From positions 121,879-185,878 of the forward strand of contig JAWCQE010000001.1 in the NCBI GenBank assembly GCA_038869895.1: DNA of 64,000 nucleotides. The letters run 5' to 3'. This stretch comes from Candidatus Pacearchaeota archaeon (GTDB lineage Archaea; Nanobdellota; Nanobdellia; Pacearchaeales; GW2011-AR1). This document shows positions 34,898 through 47,364 of this stretch, piece by piece (position 1 is the first letter of the stretch; every line of letters starts with the position of its first letter). Position numbers and translations under genes: made by a program. The notes under the pieces were generated by a model. It had not been told where the DNA came from and did no database searches. It saw only the letters and a program-made list of their open reading frames with translations.

Positions 34898-35137
34898 TTT
34901 GTTGTAATTTTATAATTACACCTATTTATAAATGTTTCGATTTTTATAAACTCTATTGAAATTAAACTCAAATTTATCGATGATAAATTAAGACTTGTGT
35001 TTTTTGTGAAAAATTGAAAAATTTTGAATTAAAGTTTTACAGACAGACTAAACATAACTTTAATATAGTTTTGTTTTAAAAGAAATTTAATATTTTTAGA
35101 TAGTAAGATTTATAATATTAGCAGATTTAGATATTTT

Positions 35138-35506
35138 GTGAAATCAAAAGAGAATTTATTTGGTGCTTATGTTCTCCTTTCGGGAGTTATTATAGCGCTT
35201 GTTTTAGGTTTTTTTCAGGCAAGTATTCTTTCAGGATATAAGCCATGGATATATTTGCTTCTTGCTATTTTAGGAATTATTGTTGGAGCTGCGAGCGTTC
35301 GTGCGGATTCAAGAGAAGCAACAACTTTTCTATTAGCTTCGATTTCAATAGTTATTGTAAGTTCAATAGGACAGGTTAATTTAATCTTAGTTGGGAATAT
35401 TGGTGTAAAAATAGTTGTTATCCTTAATGCATTATTAACAATGTTTATTCCTGCAACTATTGTTGTTGCATTAAAAACAGTTTTTTCTGTAGCAAGTGTA
35501 AAATGA
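35138..35506 (+). CDS. Small polytopic membrane protein, hypothetical (GTG start)
   Basis: It has four predicted hydrophobic helices. No family was recognised. Confidence 0.4.
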   Translation: MKSKENLFGAYVLLSGVIIALVLGFFQASILSGYKPWIYLLLAILGIIVGAASVRADSREATTFLLASISIVIVSSIGQVNLILVGNIGVKIVVILNALLTMFIPATIVVALKTVFSVASVK

Positions 35507-35641
35507 CAAAGATACTAAGGTTTCTTTGTTGAATCTTTCTATTTTTAACTATCATTTTTTATTTTAAAATATAAAATTTGATATTTATCTCATAATTTTA
35601 TATAATATCTCTTTTAATTTTAAGATAGAATTCTTTCTTAA

Positions 35642-36019
35642 TTAGTTATTTCGTGGAGAATCTTGGATAAATCCACTAGATGTATTAATTTCCGCGAATT
35701 GTGGGGTAGCAATTATTATATTTTCTCCAAATCCCGTAATGTTTCCTTCAAGAGCTTCTGTCGTTTTTTTTAACTTTGCAACAGCTCTTTTAAGTTCAAT
35801 TACATCTTTTTTCCTTAATGCTTGAATATCTATAACAGCGATTGTATATCCTTCTCTTAGAGAATTTAATACTTCATTAATGTCTTCAAATTTTCTAAGA
35901 ACAAAAGGCCTTACACTTACTTTAGATCTTTTCTCTTCATTTCCAATGTCAATTTCAACATAATCTTCATCTGATGAACTATCTCCTCCAACCAATTTTT
36001 TTAATTTATTTAAGACCAT
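35642..36019 (-). CDS. sepF: Cell division protein SepF (FtsZ membrane anchor)
   Basis: It has an N-terminal amphipathic MVLNKLKKLV. The core is ...VRPFVLRKFEDINEVLNSLREGYTIAVIDI..L.......ELKRAV.KLK......G.I...GENIIIATP, which matches the SepF/DUF552 pattern. Confidence 0.8.
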   Translation of the reverse strand: MVLNKLKKLVGGDSSSDEDYVEIDIGNEEKRSKVSVRPFVLRKFEDINEVLNSLREGYTIAVIDIQALRKKDVIELKRAVAKLKKTTEALEGNITGFGENIIIATPQFAEINTSSGFIQDSPRNN

Positions 36020-36063
36020 AGAAAATTTAATTTGAATGAGTTTATAAAGATTTCTGTATTATA

Positions 36064-36393
36064 TCATTTAAGTTTGTTCATAATTTCTGCTCTTAGTCTT
36101 TCTATCTCTTCCTTCATTTCAAGTTCTTGTTTCTCAACAGATTTAACCTTTAAATCAAGGATTTTCTTTTTTTCACCAAGTTCTTTATTTAATGACGCCT
36201 TATCTGATTTTACCATTATCTGTCCAATAACTCTAAATACATCAGATTTTGTTTTTCCTATTTCGTTTATGGCTGTAAGAATTTCATTTATTTCTATTTG
36301 AAATGTCTGCTTCTGAAGAATAATATTCTGAAAATTTTGTTCCAATATTTGTAGGCTTTGTATTTTTTTTCCAGTTTCTTGATCAACTTCCAT
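36064..36393 (-). CDS. pfdB: Prefoldin beta subunit
   Basis: A coiled coil, beta-hairpin and second coiled coil are arranged as ...LQILEQNFQNIILQK...VFRVIGQIMVK.... The size is ~109 aa. It sits in the conserved neighbourhood with rpl37ae and rpoP. Confidence 0.8.
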   Translation of the reverse strand: MEVDQETGKKIQSLQILEQNFQNIILQKQTFQIEINEILTAINEIGKTKSDVFRVIGQIMVKSDKASLNKELGEKKKILDLKVKSVEKQELEMKEEIERLRAEIMNKLK

Positions 36394-36421
36394 TTTATTG
36401 ATATAATCTTTTATATTTTAT

Positions 36422-36559
36422 TTAAATCGCTTTTATTTTTGTAATTGATAATCTTGGTTTATAAAAAATTCTTGAATTACAAAATGGACAAGTGAATCTT
36501 TTGTCAAGTTTTTTATATGAAATTGATTTTCCACATTTGAAACATTTATATTCTACCAT
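36422..36559 (-). CDS. rpoP: DNA-directed RNA polymerase subunit P (Rpo12/RPABC4), 45 aa; below the ORF-track size cut-off
   Basis: Hand translation gives MVEYKCFKCGKSISYKKLDKRFTCPFCNSRIFYKPRLSITKIKAI. This shows a CxxC...CxxC zinc ribbon and the R.(I/L).(Y/F)K.R tail typical of RpoP. Confidence 0.75.
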   Translation of the reverse strand: MVEYKCFKCGKSISYKKLDKRFTCPFCNSRIFYKPRLSITKIKAI

Positions 36560-36591
36560 TTGTTTTATAGAACTTATTTAGTATTTAAATT

Positions 36592-36804
36592 TTATTCTAA
36601 ATAATAAGCTCCTCCGGCGAATGTTTTTCCGCATTTTTTACATTTCCATATCCCAAACGATTTTCTCTTTGCTGTTTTTTTACAGAATGGACAAATTTGT
36701 TTTTTCCTTTGTTTTGATTCAACCAAAATAAGTCTTTCTCTAACTCTTGTTCCATACCCTATTTTATATTTTCCAGATGCCTTTACTTTTTTTGTTCTAG
36801 ACAT
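36592..36804 (-). CDS. rpl37ae: 50S ribosomal protein L37Ae (eL43)
   Basis: ...GKYKIGYGTRVRERL..VE...RKKQICPFCKK.AKRKSFGIWKCKKCGKTFAGGAY is the canonical eL43 zinc ribbon. Confidence 0.9.
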   Translation of the reverse strand: MSRTKKVKASGKYKIGYGTRVRERLILVESKQRKKQICPFCKKTAKRKSFGIWKCKKCGKTFAGGAYYLE

Positions 36805-37154
36805 TTTGTATTTATATTAAGGAAAAACCACATTTTTAAATTTATGGTTATCTCGGCTCTGAATAAATCTCATTTAAGTGTTACAAAGTAAAAAGAATAT
36901 TATAAATTATATTTAGGTATAATACTTATTTTAACAAAACTGAACAAATAAATTAAAAATATTTTAAGTAACCTGCCATTTTTTAATTAAGGATATAATT
37001 ATAGAAAAAAATTTGTAAAATTCCATAATTAAAATTAAGTGATTGTTAATTATTTATTATTTATGATGGCTGTTGTATGATTTTCTTTTTTTTAATACAA
37101 GAAAATTTACTTTGAGAGTTAACTCTTTTCTATAAATAATTTTAAAACAAAGAA

Positions 37155-37171
37155 GACGGGCACAGTAATTT
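37155..37171 (-). other. 3'-flank half of the 23S rRNA processing stem
   Basis: gacgggcacagtaattt is complementary to 40031-40047, giving 17 bp with one A.C mismatch. Confidence 0.7.
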
Positions 37172-37197
37172 TTAGTGTTTAGTTTAATCCATTGAGG

Positions 37198-40020
<2,823 letters not shown>

Positions 40021-40030
40021 ATTTAGTGGG

Positions 40031-40047
40031 AAATTACTGTGCTCGTC
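40031..40047 (-). other. 5'-flank half of the 23S rRNA processing stem
   Basis: aaattactgtgctcgtc is complementary to 37155-37171. Confidence 0.7.
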
Positions 40048-41117
40048 TCATTGCTAAATATTATCCTAGTTTTGAAACATAGGTGTTCTTTTGCTCCACT
40101 CCCCCCAATTTACATGAAAAAGAGGTTCATATAATTTTTACGATGATAAATCAGAATTAATTTTCCATAAACAAAGATTTCTCTATGTTTATAGCATTAA
40201 ATATTAATTGACTGATTACCATCTAATAATCTTGAGATAAATCAAGTTTTTAAATGTTTTTGTTAATTTTGGTTTTGTAAAATAAGATATAAATAGTTTA
40301 ATTTTTTAAATAAAATTTAGTTTAAAGAAAATTTAATCTATCTGCTTTTGGGCAATTCATTTTAACTTAAACAAAATTTATAAGTCAGCTCCTACCTTTT
40401 TTCTATATACTCTTACTAAAATATGAGATTTTTTATCTGGTTTGTAAAATAATTTGGTTCTTGGTTTTACATTCTGTGCAAGTCATCTTTTCATACTACC
40501 TTTTGTTTTCTTTCATATCCAATTTAATCAAAATGCTTTTTACAAAATTACTTAATTTACAAAGCCGTTATTTTATATCGAAAATTTTTTTAACACTAAA
40601 TAATAGATTTATCAAAGATTTAATTACGAATAAGATAAATAATATTTACTTTTCTTTAATAAATAAACTTAACTATTTTTATATTCTATAATTCATTTGG
40701 TATTTAATAAAACCTTAAAGTGAATTTTGAATATGAAAAATTTAATCATTGTTATTTTTCATTGATAAATTAAATTATTGCCTTTTTAGAAAAATAAGAG
40801 AACTTTAAAATAAAATAATCAATATATTTATGTGCATTTTGTAGATATTTTTAGTAAGAAATTTAGAAAATATATATTAGAAATTTAAATGACTAAAAGT
40901 TATTTTTACTATAATAAACAAAATTACATAGATTATTTATTATAAATATAAATATTTTTTTAAAAAAATAAAATCTGAAATTGCAAGACAAATTGGACTA
41001 TATAAAAAAATGCGAAGTAAATTTACGTTCTGGATTTTTTTTAGAAATTCTTTATTTTAATTTAATGATTTTAGTAATTTTAACTATTTCTATTTTAATT
41101 ATATTTCTTCCATTCTA

Positions 41118-41198
41118 CGCCGACGCCCGGAATCGAACCGGGGGGCCCCGTAGGGCACTGGTCTCAAGCCAGTTGCAATACCACTATGCGACGTCGGC
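41118..41198 (-). tRNA. tRNA-Ser (anticodon TGA), class II with long variable arm
   Basis: Hand-folded on the reverse strand. The acceptor is GCCGACG/CGTCGGC with discriminator G. The anticodon stem is ACTGG/CCAGT with loop CTTGAGA. The variable stem-loop is GCCC-TACG-GGGC and the T arm is CCCGG-TTCGATT-CCGGG. Confidence 0.85.
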
Positions 41199-41468
41199 TT
41201 TATTTAATTCAACGACGCATAGTAAGGATTTTTATCCGTCCTATGCGATGTCCACTTCTATTTCTTAAAAAATATTTGTTAGTTTTTAAATATTAGGTTA
41301 ATTTTAACTAATTACTTATTTTTAGATTAATAATTTTTCTTAAAAATCGCTTTCCTATTAACTATTGTCTTCAATCTATTCAAATATATTGGTGAAAAAA
41401 TTTTCTTTACTCATTCCAAGTGTAACTAAAGAGATTTGTGTCTTTACTTAGTTTAGCAAAATAAAATA

Positions 41469-41765
41469 TTATCCAAATAAAGACGACAAACCTTCTGCTG
41501 CCGCGGATGCTTCTTCTTTCTTTTCTTCTTTCTTTTGCTCTTCTTTTACAATTCCGCTACTTGCTTGTGGCGTTGGAGCAACTGCTAACATCGAAGATTT
41601 TTCAAGTTCTTCATCTATATTAATGTCTTTTAAACTGCTGACAAGGAGTTTCACTTTTCCCTCGTCAACTTTAACTTCAATTGATGAAATAACTTTTTTT
41701 AAATTCTCTTCATTTATTTCTTTTCCAAGTTTGTGCAGTAAAAGAGCTGCATATACATATTCCAT
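41469..41765 (-). CDS. rpl12: 50S ribosomal stalk protein P1 (L12e)
   Basis: It shows [25 protein letters not shown]..., an Ala/Pro hinge and the acidic-tail terminus EEKKEE....GLSSLFG. Confidence 0.85.
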   Translation of the reverse strand: MEYVYAALLLHKLGKEINEENLKKVISSIEVKVDEGKVKLLVSSLKDINIDEELEKSSMLAVAPTPQASSGIVKEEQKKEEKKEEASAAAEGLSSLFG

Positions 41766-42581
41766 TTATTTTTCCTCCCCGGAATTTATTTGACTATTTT
41801 TTAAAAATTTTTCTAATACTTCTTTGTGGTTTGCAGCTTTTCTTAATAAAAATGGGATAGTATCTTTTGATATATAGTTTATATTAACAGCAAGATTTTG
41901 AGCTTTAATATAATTTTCTCGTATTTCATTTAATAATTCTTCTTTGTCAATGGTTAATGTTGTATAAATTTTTCCTGATTTTACATCAAATCCTACTAAA
42001 GGGATAAATCCGACGCTAAAAGGATTAATATCCAGTTTTCCCAATACACTTGCTACATTTTCACTTATTAATTCTCCTTTTTTCACAATAGTTTTTGATT
42101 TCATTATTTCAATCTTTCCACTAGTAACTTTTACCTGCAATCCGAGATTTCCAAATTCACTTACTGCAGGGCCTGCTGGAATTTCAGTTACTCCTGCTTT
42201 AATTTCAATATCTTGATTCGATATTTGCCCTGCCTTTGCTTTTATAGGACTTTTATTTTTATTAATGATACTTGCAAGTTCAAATACATCAAGATCAGAT
42301 ATTAATATAGAACTATCTTCATTAAAATATTCTTTAATTTTTTTTATTTCATTATTATTAGATGCGTCTAATACCCTAAAAAAAGTTCTTTTTTTCAGAA
42401 TTTTTATTATTGATTTATCATTCAAAGATTTTTTTATTTTCTGAAAATTTTTTGCGGGCAACCCTTTAATAGATGCGATTAAAACAGAATTTTTTGAAGA
42501 GATAAGCTCTGCTAATTCTTTTACTTGTTTTAATTTGTAATCTGGAATTTTACGCTTTCTTTTTATCATTTTATATTTCAA
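41766..42581 (-). CDS. rplP0: 50S ribosomal protein uL10 (P0)
   Basis: IPDYKLKQVKELAELISSKNSVLIASIKGLPAKNFQKIKKSL... matches the P0 N-domain pattern. The gene lies between uL1 and P1. It appears to lack the usual acidic C-terminal tail. Confidence 0.8.
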   Translation of the reverse strand: MKYKMIKRKRKIPDYKLKQVKELAELISSKNSVLIASIKGLPAKNFQKIKKSLNDKSIIKILKKRTFFRVLDASNNNEIKKIKEYFNEDSSILISDLDVFELASIINKNKSPIKAKAGQISNQDIEIKAGVTEIPAGPAVSEFGNLGLQVKVTSGKIEIMKSKTIVKKGELISENVASVLGKLDINPFSVGFIPLVGFDVKSGKIYTTLTIDKEELLNEIRENYIKAQNLAVNINYISKDTIPFLLRKAANHKEVLEKFLKNSQINSGEEK

Positions 42582-43194
42582 TTTTTATTGGTTTTCCCAT
42601 AGTTAATTTAACCATTATATTTTTTACATTCTCTTTCCCATTTGGAAGTTCATTTAAAATTGAAATATAAGCTGATTTAATGTTATCAATTATTTTTTGC
42701 CTCTCCATAGAATACTTTCCAATAGGTATTTTTACTGATGAATCTTTTGTATTTATCTTTATTGACCTATTTATTTTATCTAATATTTTCTTTATTTCAT
42801 CATCATTTTCATTTATTATTATTCCGAGTTTAGGAGAAGGCATCTTTCCTGCAGGGCCTAGGACTCTACCAAAAGTTGTTGCAACAGAAGTCATATTCTT
42901 TTCTGAAGCAATAAAAAAATCATAGTTTTTTACAAGATTTTTTAAATCTTTCTTGTCCTTATATTTTTGAAAAGCGGCTTTAGGTATTGTATCAACAATA
43001 TTACTTTGAGAATCTATAAATGCACATATTTTTTTATCTTTTATTTTATGGGGGAGGATTATAAAGACATTTATAGAATTCTTTTTTAAATCAAATTTCT
43101 TTAAATTTACAATTAATTCAATCGTCTGATCAAATTTTCTCTTTTTTTCTTTACTGAAAAATTCAAAAGCCTGTTCTAACTTCATAACTTCCAT
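42571..43194 (-). CDS. rpl1: 50S ribosomal protein uL1
   Basis: ...FDQTIELIVNLK..DLKK........LPH..........FGRVLGPAGKMPSPKLGII is the uL1 signature. It is the first gene of the L1-P0-P1 run. Confidence 0.85.
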   Translation of the reverse strand: MEVMKLEQAFEFFSKEKKRKFDQTIELIVNLKKFDLKKNSINVFIILPHKIKDKKICAFIDSQSNIVDTIPKAAFQKYKDKKDLKNLVKNYDFFIASEKNMTSVATTFGRVLGPAGKMPSPKLGIIINENDDEIKKILDKINRSIKINTKDSSVKIPIGKYSMERQKIIDNIKSAYISILNELPNGKENVKNIMVKLTMGKPIKIEI

Positions 43195-43499
43195 TTTAAA
43201 TGTTTACCAAACTTTTATCTCCTACCTATGCATCCAACACTTACAGAATTTTTTTTAATTCAAATGTGAATGATGTAGTCCGACATTTTATTCCAATATC
43301 CTAACTTTATAAACCTTTCTTGGATTGTATTAATTAATAAAATTATGCATTTTTTGAGTTATTAACCAGTTTAAAATTTAATGTATTTCATATTATAAAA
43401 ATATTATTTTTATGAAATTTTTTTCAAATCCGAAAATATATCTAATAGAATGATTAACTATTAGTAAACACCACTTTCTTATCAAATTTTATATCGTTT

Positions 43500-43946
43500 T
43501 TATCTTTCAAGTTCTTTTAAATATTCTTTTATTCTTTCAATATTTGGTTGTATAATAAATTTCTCAATTTTATCGTTGAATATTTTGTCCAATGATTCGA
43601 ATTCATTTAAATTATAAAGGTTATTGTTTTTTTCAACTATCATTAAATCTCTTAATCTTTTTAACTGCCTCCTTATATTACTTTCTGCAAGTCCTTTAAG
43701 TTCAAGCTTATAATTTTTTCTTAATTCTTCAACTTTAACCCTTATTTCATTTGAGTCAATTTTTTTCTTTTCTTTTTTCTGTTCAATTAAAATATATAAT
43801 ATATCAACGATAGTGTCTCTTGAATCTCCTGGTTGAAGTAATCCAATTGAAAGGCAGATTTTCTTTACTAAATCTCTTTTTTCAAGATTGTATGGTTTTT
43901 CATATTTCCTCAATATGATTTCATTTATGGGAATATCTTTAAACAT
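43500..43946 (-). CDS. Hypothetical protein, possible wHTH fold
   Basis: This is a well-formed 148-aa ORF. A helix-rich segment reads ...DTIVDILYILIEQ...SNIRRQLKRLRDLMIVEK. No family was recognised. Confidence 0.35.
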   Translation of the reverse strand: MFKDIPINEIILRKYEKPYNLEKRDLVKKICLSIGLLQPGDSRDTIVDILYILIEQKKEKKKIDSNEIRVKVEELRKNYKLELKGLAESNIRRQLKRLRDLMIVEKNNNLYNLNEFESLDKIFNDKIEKFIIQPNIERIKEYLKELER

Positions 43947-43998
43947 TTTATTATTTTTAGATATAAATACTTATAAACATAGCGATATTTCATAAATT

Positions 43999-44349
43999 AT
44001 GGAATTAGTTGCTTTGTTAAGTTCAGGTAAAGGGACATGGGGACAAGTGTCTGGACTGATTAAACGTGGAGAGTGGGATAAAATAATTATCCTTGGCAAT
44101 GATTTTGCGAAGAATTTTTCATGCGAAAAGAAATTCGAATTTATTAATTTAAATCTTGATAAGAAAATAATTGAGTTGAAGAAGGAAATTTTTGATAAAT
44201 TGAGAGGAAAACTTGATGGAACAGAAGTTGCGTTGACAATTGCATCTGGAAATGGAAAAGAACATATGGCGATTATTTCTGCCTTACTTTCTTTGCCTGT
44301 GGGAGTAAGATTTGTTGTGTTAACAAAAGAAGGAATAATTTATTTGTAA
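43999..44349 (+). CDS. Hypothetical small alpha/beta protein
   Basis: This is a 116-aa ORF with a Rossmann-like alternation (LVALLSSGKGTW...IIILGN...VALTIASGNGKEHM...VVL). No family was recognised. Confidence 0.35.
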   Translation: MELVALLSSGKGTWGQVSGLIKRGEWDKIIILGNDFAKNFSCEKKFEFINLNLDKKIIELKKEIFDKLRGKLDGTEVALTIASGNGKEHMAIISALLSLPVGVRFVVLTKEGIIYL

Positions 44350-44621
44350 AAAATAAAAAAGAAATAGACCCAATATCAAAAATAAAAAATAATTTATTTT
44401 AAGAAGATTTATCTTCTTTTTTTCTTTGCTGCCTTTTTTTTTGCCATTTTCAAAAACCTCTTTTTAAATTAATTATATTTAATAACGAATTATTATTTAA
44501 ATATCTTTCTATATTAAAAGATTTTTTTCTTAAGGTAATCTTTTTCGTCGATAAAATTTAAAAATTAATTAATAAAAAATAATTTTTTCTACAATTTTTT
44601 AGTAGATTTTATTAAAAACTT

Positions 44622-46043
44622 TTAAAGTGCAATTATCCAACTTAATAAAAGTGCAAAGAGTATGAACAATAATATTATAACTATCCATTTATAAACTGCT
44701 TTTGATATTTTTTCTGATTTCGTCAAGCTTAAAATTGCAAGATAAAAAAATCTCCCTCCATCTAAAATTCCGACTGGAAGCATATTGAATAAAGCAACAA
44801 AAAAATTTATTACTACTATCCACCAAATTAGATAATATATAAAGACGAGAAAATTATTTTTTTCACTATAATATATCGCAGGTTCTTTGAAGAAAAGGGT
44901 ATTTGAAACAATTCTTCTAAATCCCTTAGAATCTACGGCATTTATATTTATTCCAAGGAAAGCTTTTTCTTTATTTATTGGATTTTCTACTAATATAATT
45001 TCATATGTATTTACTTTATTTTTTTCTATAGTTTCTATTATTATATTATCTCCTGGTTTTTTTACGGATAAAATTAAATTCAAATCTTCAATTGATTTTA
45101 TTTTATTGCCGTCGATTTTTGAAATTGCCCCACTGAGGTTATTTTTTAATGCAGGAGAATCAAAATAGAGTCTTAAAATACCTAGGTTATTTTGTTCATT
45201 GTATTTAATTTGCTCCCGCAGAATTTTTGGAGGGATTAAATAATTTTTATCATTTGAATTTATACTTACAAAATTTTCGTTGTCATCAAATATAAAGTTT
45301 CCATCAAATTCTATACCATTGATGCTTTTTATCTCATTTATTGGAACTAAAGACGAAGCGTATGAATATATTATGATACCAGAAGGTTCAAAGGCAAAAA
45401 CGAACACGCCCCATAAAAAAAGAAAAAAAATTCCAGCAGTTATTATATTTGCAAAAACTCCTGCTGAGAGTATCGACATTTGTTCAAAATTTTTTTTCTT
45501 TGCCATTTTTATTTCATCCGGTTCAACGAATGCGCCGAGAATAGGACCTAAAAATGCAAAACCTGTACTTTTTATTTTTACATTATGGTATTTAGCAAAA
45601 ATTCCGTGTGAAAATTCATGAACTACTGCCACTACTAATATTGCTATTATCCAATATGTGAAATATAATGGAGGGAAAAAACTTTGCAATCCAAATATCG
45701 ATGGAAAATATGGTATTAAGGGAAGTAGTGGAGGTGCTTTTACAATATCTGTTATTTGTGGAAATTTTACATATGTATATAAAGTCATAAGAAATAAGAA
45801 TAAAATTGAAATCATAAGTATAAATCCTGTTGCTACTGAGAGATATTTAGAAATTTTTATTGTCTTTCTATATTTTTTCCCGACGTAATTAATAAATTTT
45901 ATCCCAAGTTTTGTCCTATATAGGTAGATTATTCCTTCTCTTTTTAAATTATGCTTTCTCGTATAAAGAAACCAGATAACCCAGATTGTAAATATTATGA
46001 GAAACAAAATATCATAGAATAAAAAATTATTTAAAATACTCAT
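44622..46043 (-). CDS. Site-2 protease family (M50) intramembrane metalloprotease with PDZ-like insert
   Basis: It has an HEFSHG (HExxH) motif in a TM helix and NMLPVGILDGG (NxxPxxxLDG) in a later TM helix. A soluble insert lies between them. Confidence 0.85.
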   Translation of the reverse strand: MSILNNFLFYDILFLIIFTIWVIWFLYTRKHNLKREGIIYLYRTKLGIKFINYVGKKYRKTIKISKYLSVATGFILMISILFLFLMTLYTYVKFPQITDIVKAPPLLPLIPYFPSIFGLQSFFPPLYFTYWIIAILVVAVVHEFSHGIFAKYHNVKIKSTGFAFLGPILGAFVEPDEIKMAKKKNFEQMSILSAGVFANIITAGIFFLFLWGVFVFAFEPSGIIIYSYASSLVPINEIKSINGIEFDGNFIFDDNENFVSINSNDKNYLIPPKILREQIKYNEQNNLGILRLYFDSPALKNNLSGAISKIDGNKIKSIEDLNLILSVKKPGDNIIIETIEKNKVNTYEIILVENPINKEKAFLGININAVDSKGFRRIVSNTLFFKEPAIYYSEKNNFLVFIYYLIWWIVVINFFVALFNMLPVGILDGGRFFYLAILSLTKSEKISKAVYKWIVIILLFILFALLLSWIIAL

Positions 46044-46044
46044 T

Positions 46045-46194
46045 TTAGTGCTTTTTCATTGCTCTGAATGCTTTTCCAGAACATCTCCTGCATTTAATTT
46101 TACCACTAAGTATTTTTTTTGAATCTAATCTAACCTTTAATCCACATTTTTTACATAAAAATACATTCTTAAACAATCTTTGCTGGGCCGCCAT
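46045..46194 (-). CDS. rpl40e: 50S ribosomal protein L40e (eL40), 49 aa; below the ORF-track size cut-off
   Basis: Hand translation gives MAAQQRLFKNVFLCKKCGLKVRLDSKKILSGKIKCRRCSGKAFRAMKKH. It shows CxxC-N18-CxxC with basic flanks, as in archaeal eL40. Confidence 0.65.
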   Translation of the reverse strand: MAAQQRLFKNVFLCKKCGLKVRLDSKKILSGKIKCRRCSGKAFRAMKKH

Positions 46195-46205
46195 TAGTTT
46201 TGCCA

Positions 46206-46595
46206 TTATAATCTTCTCTTTATTATTTTTTTACCATCTATTTCCCAGTATTCGATTTCATCTCCTTCATTTATTCCTTCTTCAATTTCACTATCTAATG
46301 TTAAGTCGAAATTCTCGTAGCTCTCTATGTCCATTACATTTATATCATTGTTTTTTATCGAAAGAACTTGAGCTTTTCTTTTGTTGATTAACGGAACTTC
46401 AAACCTTTCATGTCCGGGTCTTGCAATGACTCTTTTTTTTCCATCTATAATTCCTGTGGCTTCTATTCTTGCTTTTGCATGTCCATGTTTTCCAGTCTTG
46501 CTTATATCAATACTTTTGACAATGCATGGCTCTCCGTCAATAATTATGGCGCTTCCACTTCTTACACTAGTTGCATCAATAATTTTATAAGCCAT
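46206..46595 (-). CDS. eif5a: Translation initiation/elongation factor aIF5A
   Basis: The hypusine loop ISKTGKHGHAKARIE is present. I chose the start at MAYKIIDATSVRSG (ATG complement at 46593-46595). The longer track ORF would run into the divergent FKBP gene. Confidence 0.9.
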   Translation of the reverse strand: MAYKIIDATSVRSGSAIIIDGEPCIVKSIDISKTGKHGHAKARIEATGIIDGKKRVIARPGHERFEVPLINKRKAQVLSIKNNDINVMDIESYENFDLTLDSEIEEGINEGDEIEYWEIDGKKIIKRRL

Positions 46596-46645
46596 GATAG
46601 TTTTGGGAAAAATATATTTATAAATATTGCCTTTCATAATGAAAA

Positions 46646-47290
46646 ATGGAAACAATAAAAAAAGATGATTTTGTTGAAATTAAATTCACTGGAAGAGTTA
46701 GAGATAGTGAAATATTTGACACAAATATAGAAGAAGATGCTGAAAAAATTGGACTTAAAATAGAAAAAAAACCATTTATAATATGCATAGGACAGAGAAT
46801 GGTTATTGAAGGACTTGATAAAGAACTCGATGGAAAAGAAATAGGAAAAAAATATAATGTAATATTAACTCCGAAGGAATCTTTTGGCGAAAGAAGAAGA
46901 GAATTAATTAATTTAATCCCAATGAAAGCATTTGCTGAAAAGAATGTTTTTCCAAAACCTGGAATGACACTTACTTTAGATAATCATTTAGTACGTATTG
47001 TGAGCGTTTCTGGTGGGAGGGTTTTAGTAGATTTTAATAATCCTTTAGCTGGAAAAGAAATTGTTTATGATTTTATAATTAAAAGGAAAATTGATAACTT
47101 AAATGAGAAAATAGATTCTTTGCTTAATTATTTTATATATAAAAATTTTATGAAGGAGAAGATTGATTTTAAATTAATTGATGGAAAAGTAGTTTTTGAG
47201 ACAGATAAATTTTTCACTCCATTGATAGAAATGATTGGAAAAAAATTTAGTGATATCCTTGGAGTAGAATTTTCAATTACAGAGATTTAA
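46646..47290 (+). CDS. FKBP-type peptidyl-prolyl cis-trans isomerase (SlyD-like, with IF insert)
   Basis: ...VEIKFTGRV..SEIFDTN... , ...IGQRMVIEGLDKELDGKEIGKKY... and ...VDFNNPLAGKEIVYDF match the archaeal FKBP pattern. Confidence 0.8.
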   Translation: METIKKDDFVEIKFTGRVRDSEIFDTNIEEDAEKIGLKIEKKPFIICIGQRMVIEGLDKELDGKEIGKKYNVILTPKESFGERRRELINLIPMKAFAEKNVFPKPGMTLTLDNHLVRIVSVSGGRVLVDFNNPLAGKEIVYDFIIKRKIDNLNEKIDSLLNYFIYKNFMKEKIDFKLIDGKVVFETDKFFTPLIEMIGKKFSDILGVEFSITEI

Positions 47291-47364
47291 GAAACTGAAA
47301 AACCTGTGAAAAGTCTTTGAAATTTAACCACAATAAACCTTATAAATTAATCGCTTTTAACTAA

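Noticed and set aside
12129-35000. The surface-protein island as an integrated mobile element next to tRNA-Ala.
   Set aside because: I found no integrase, transposase or phage genes, and no direct repeat of the tRNA 3' end. Apart from the 22849-23541 gene, nothing looks compositionally foreign by eye.
40050-41117. A replication origin in the long AT-rich spacer.
   Set aside because: There is no adjacent orc1/cdc6 gene, and I could not find ORB-like inverted repeats. The rRNA promoter and leader are the simpler explanation, so it is kept only as a low-interest finding.
40981-41268. A 95-aa ORF with a TTG start.
   Set aside because: Its 3' half overlaps the antisense strand of tRNA-Ser (41118-41198), and its 5' half is low-complexity AT-rich sequence.
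43195-43499. A possible L1 autoregulatory mRNA structure upstream of or at the start of rpl1.
   Set aside because: I could not identify a convincing mimic of the 23S L1-binding helix by eye. This needs a covariance or structure search.
44409-44447. A 12-codon micro-ORF, MAKKKAAKKKRR, on the minus strand with GAGGT 8 nt upstream.
   Set aside because: It is too short and too low in complexity to distinguish from chance in A/T-rich DNA, and it does not match the length or pattern of eL41 or any other known micro-protein that I can recall.
46596-46655. An N-terminal 20-aa extension of aIF5A (MFPFFIMKGNIYKYIFPKTI) implied by the track ORF.
   Set aside because: The conserved aIF5A N-terminus begins at MAYKII, and the extension would overlap the divergent FKBP gene start (46646) and its promoter region.
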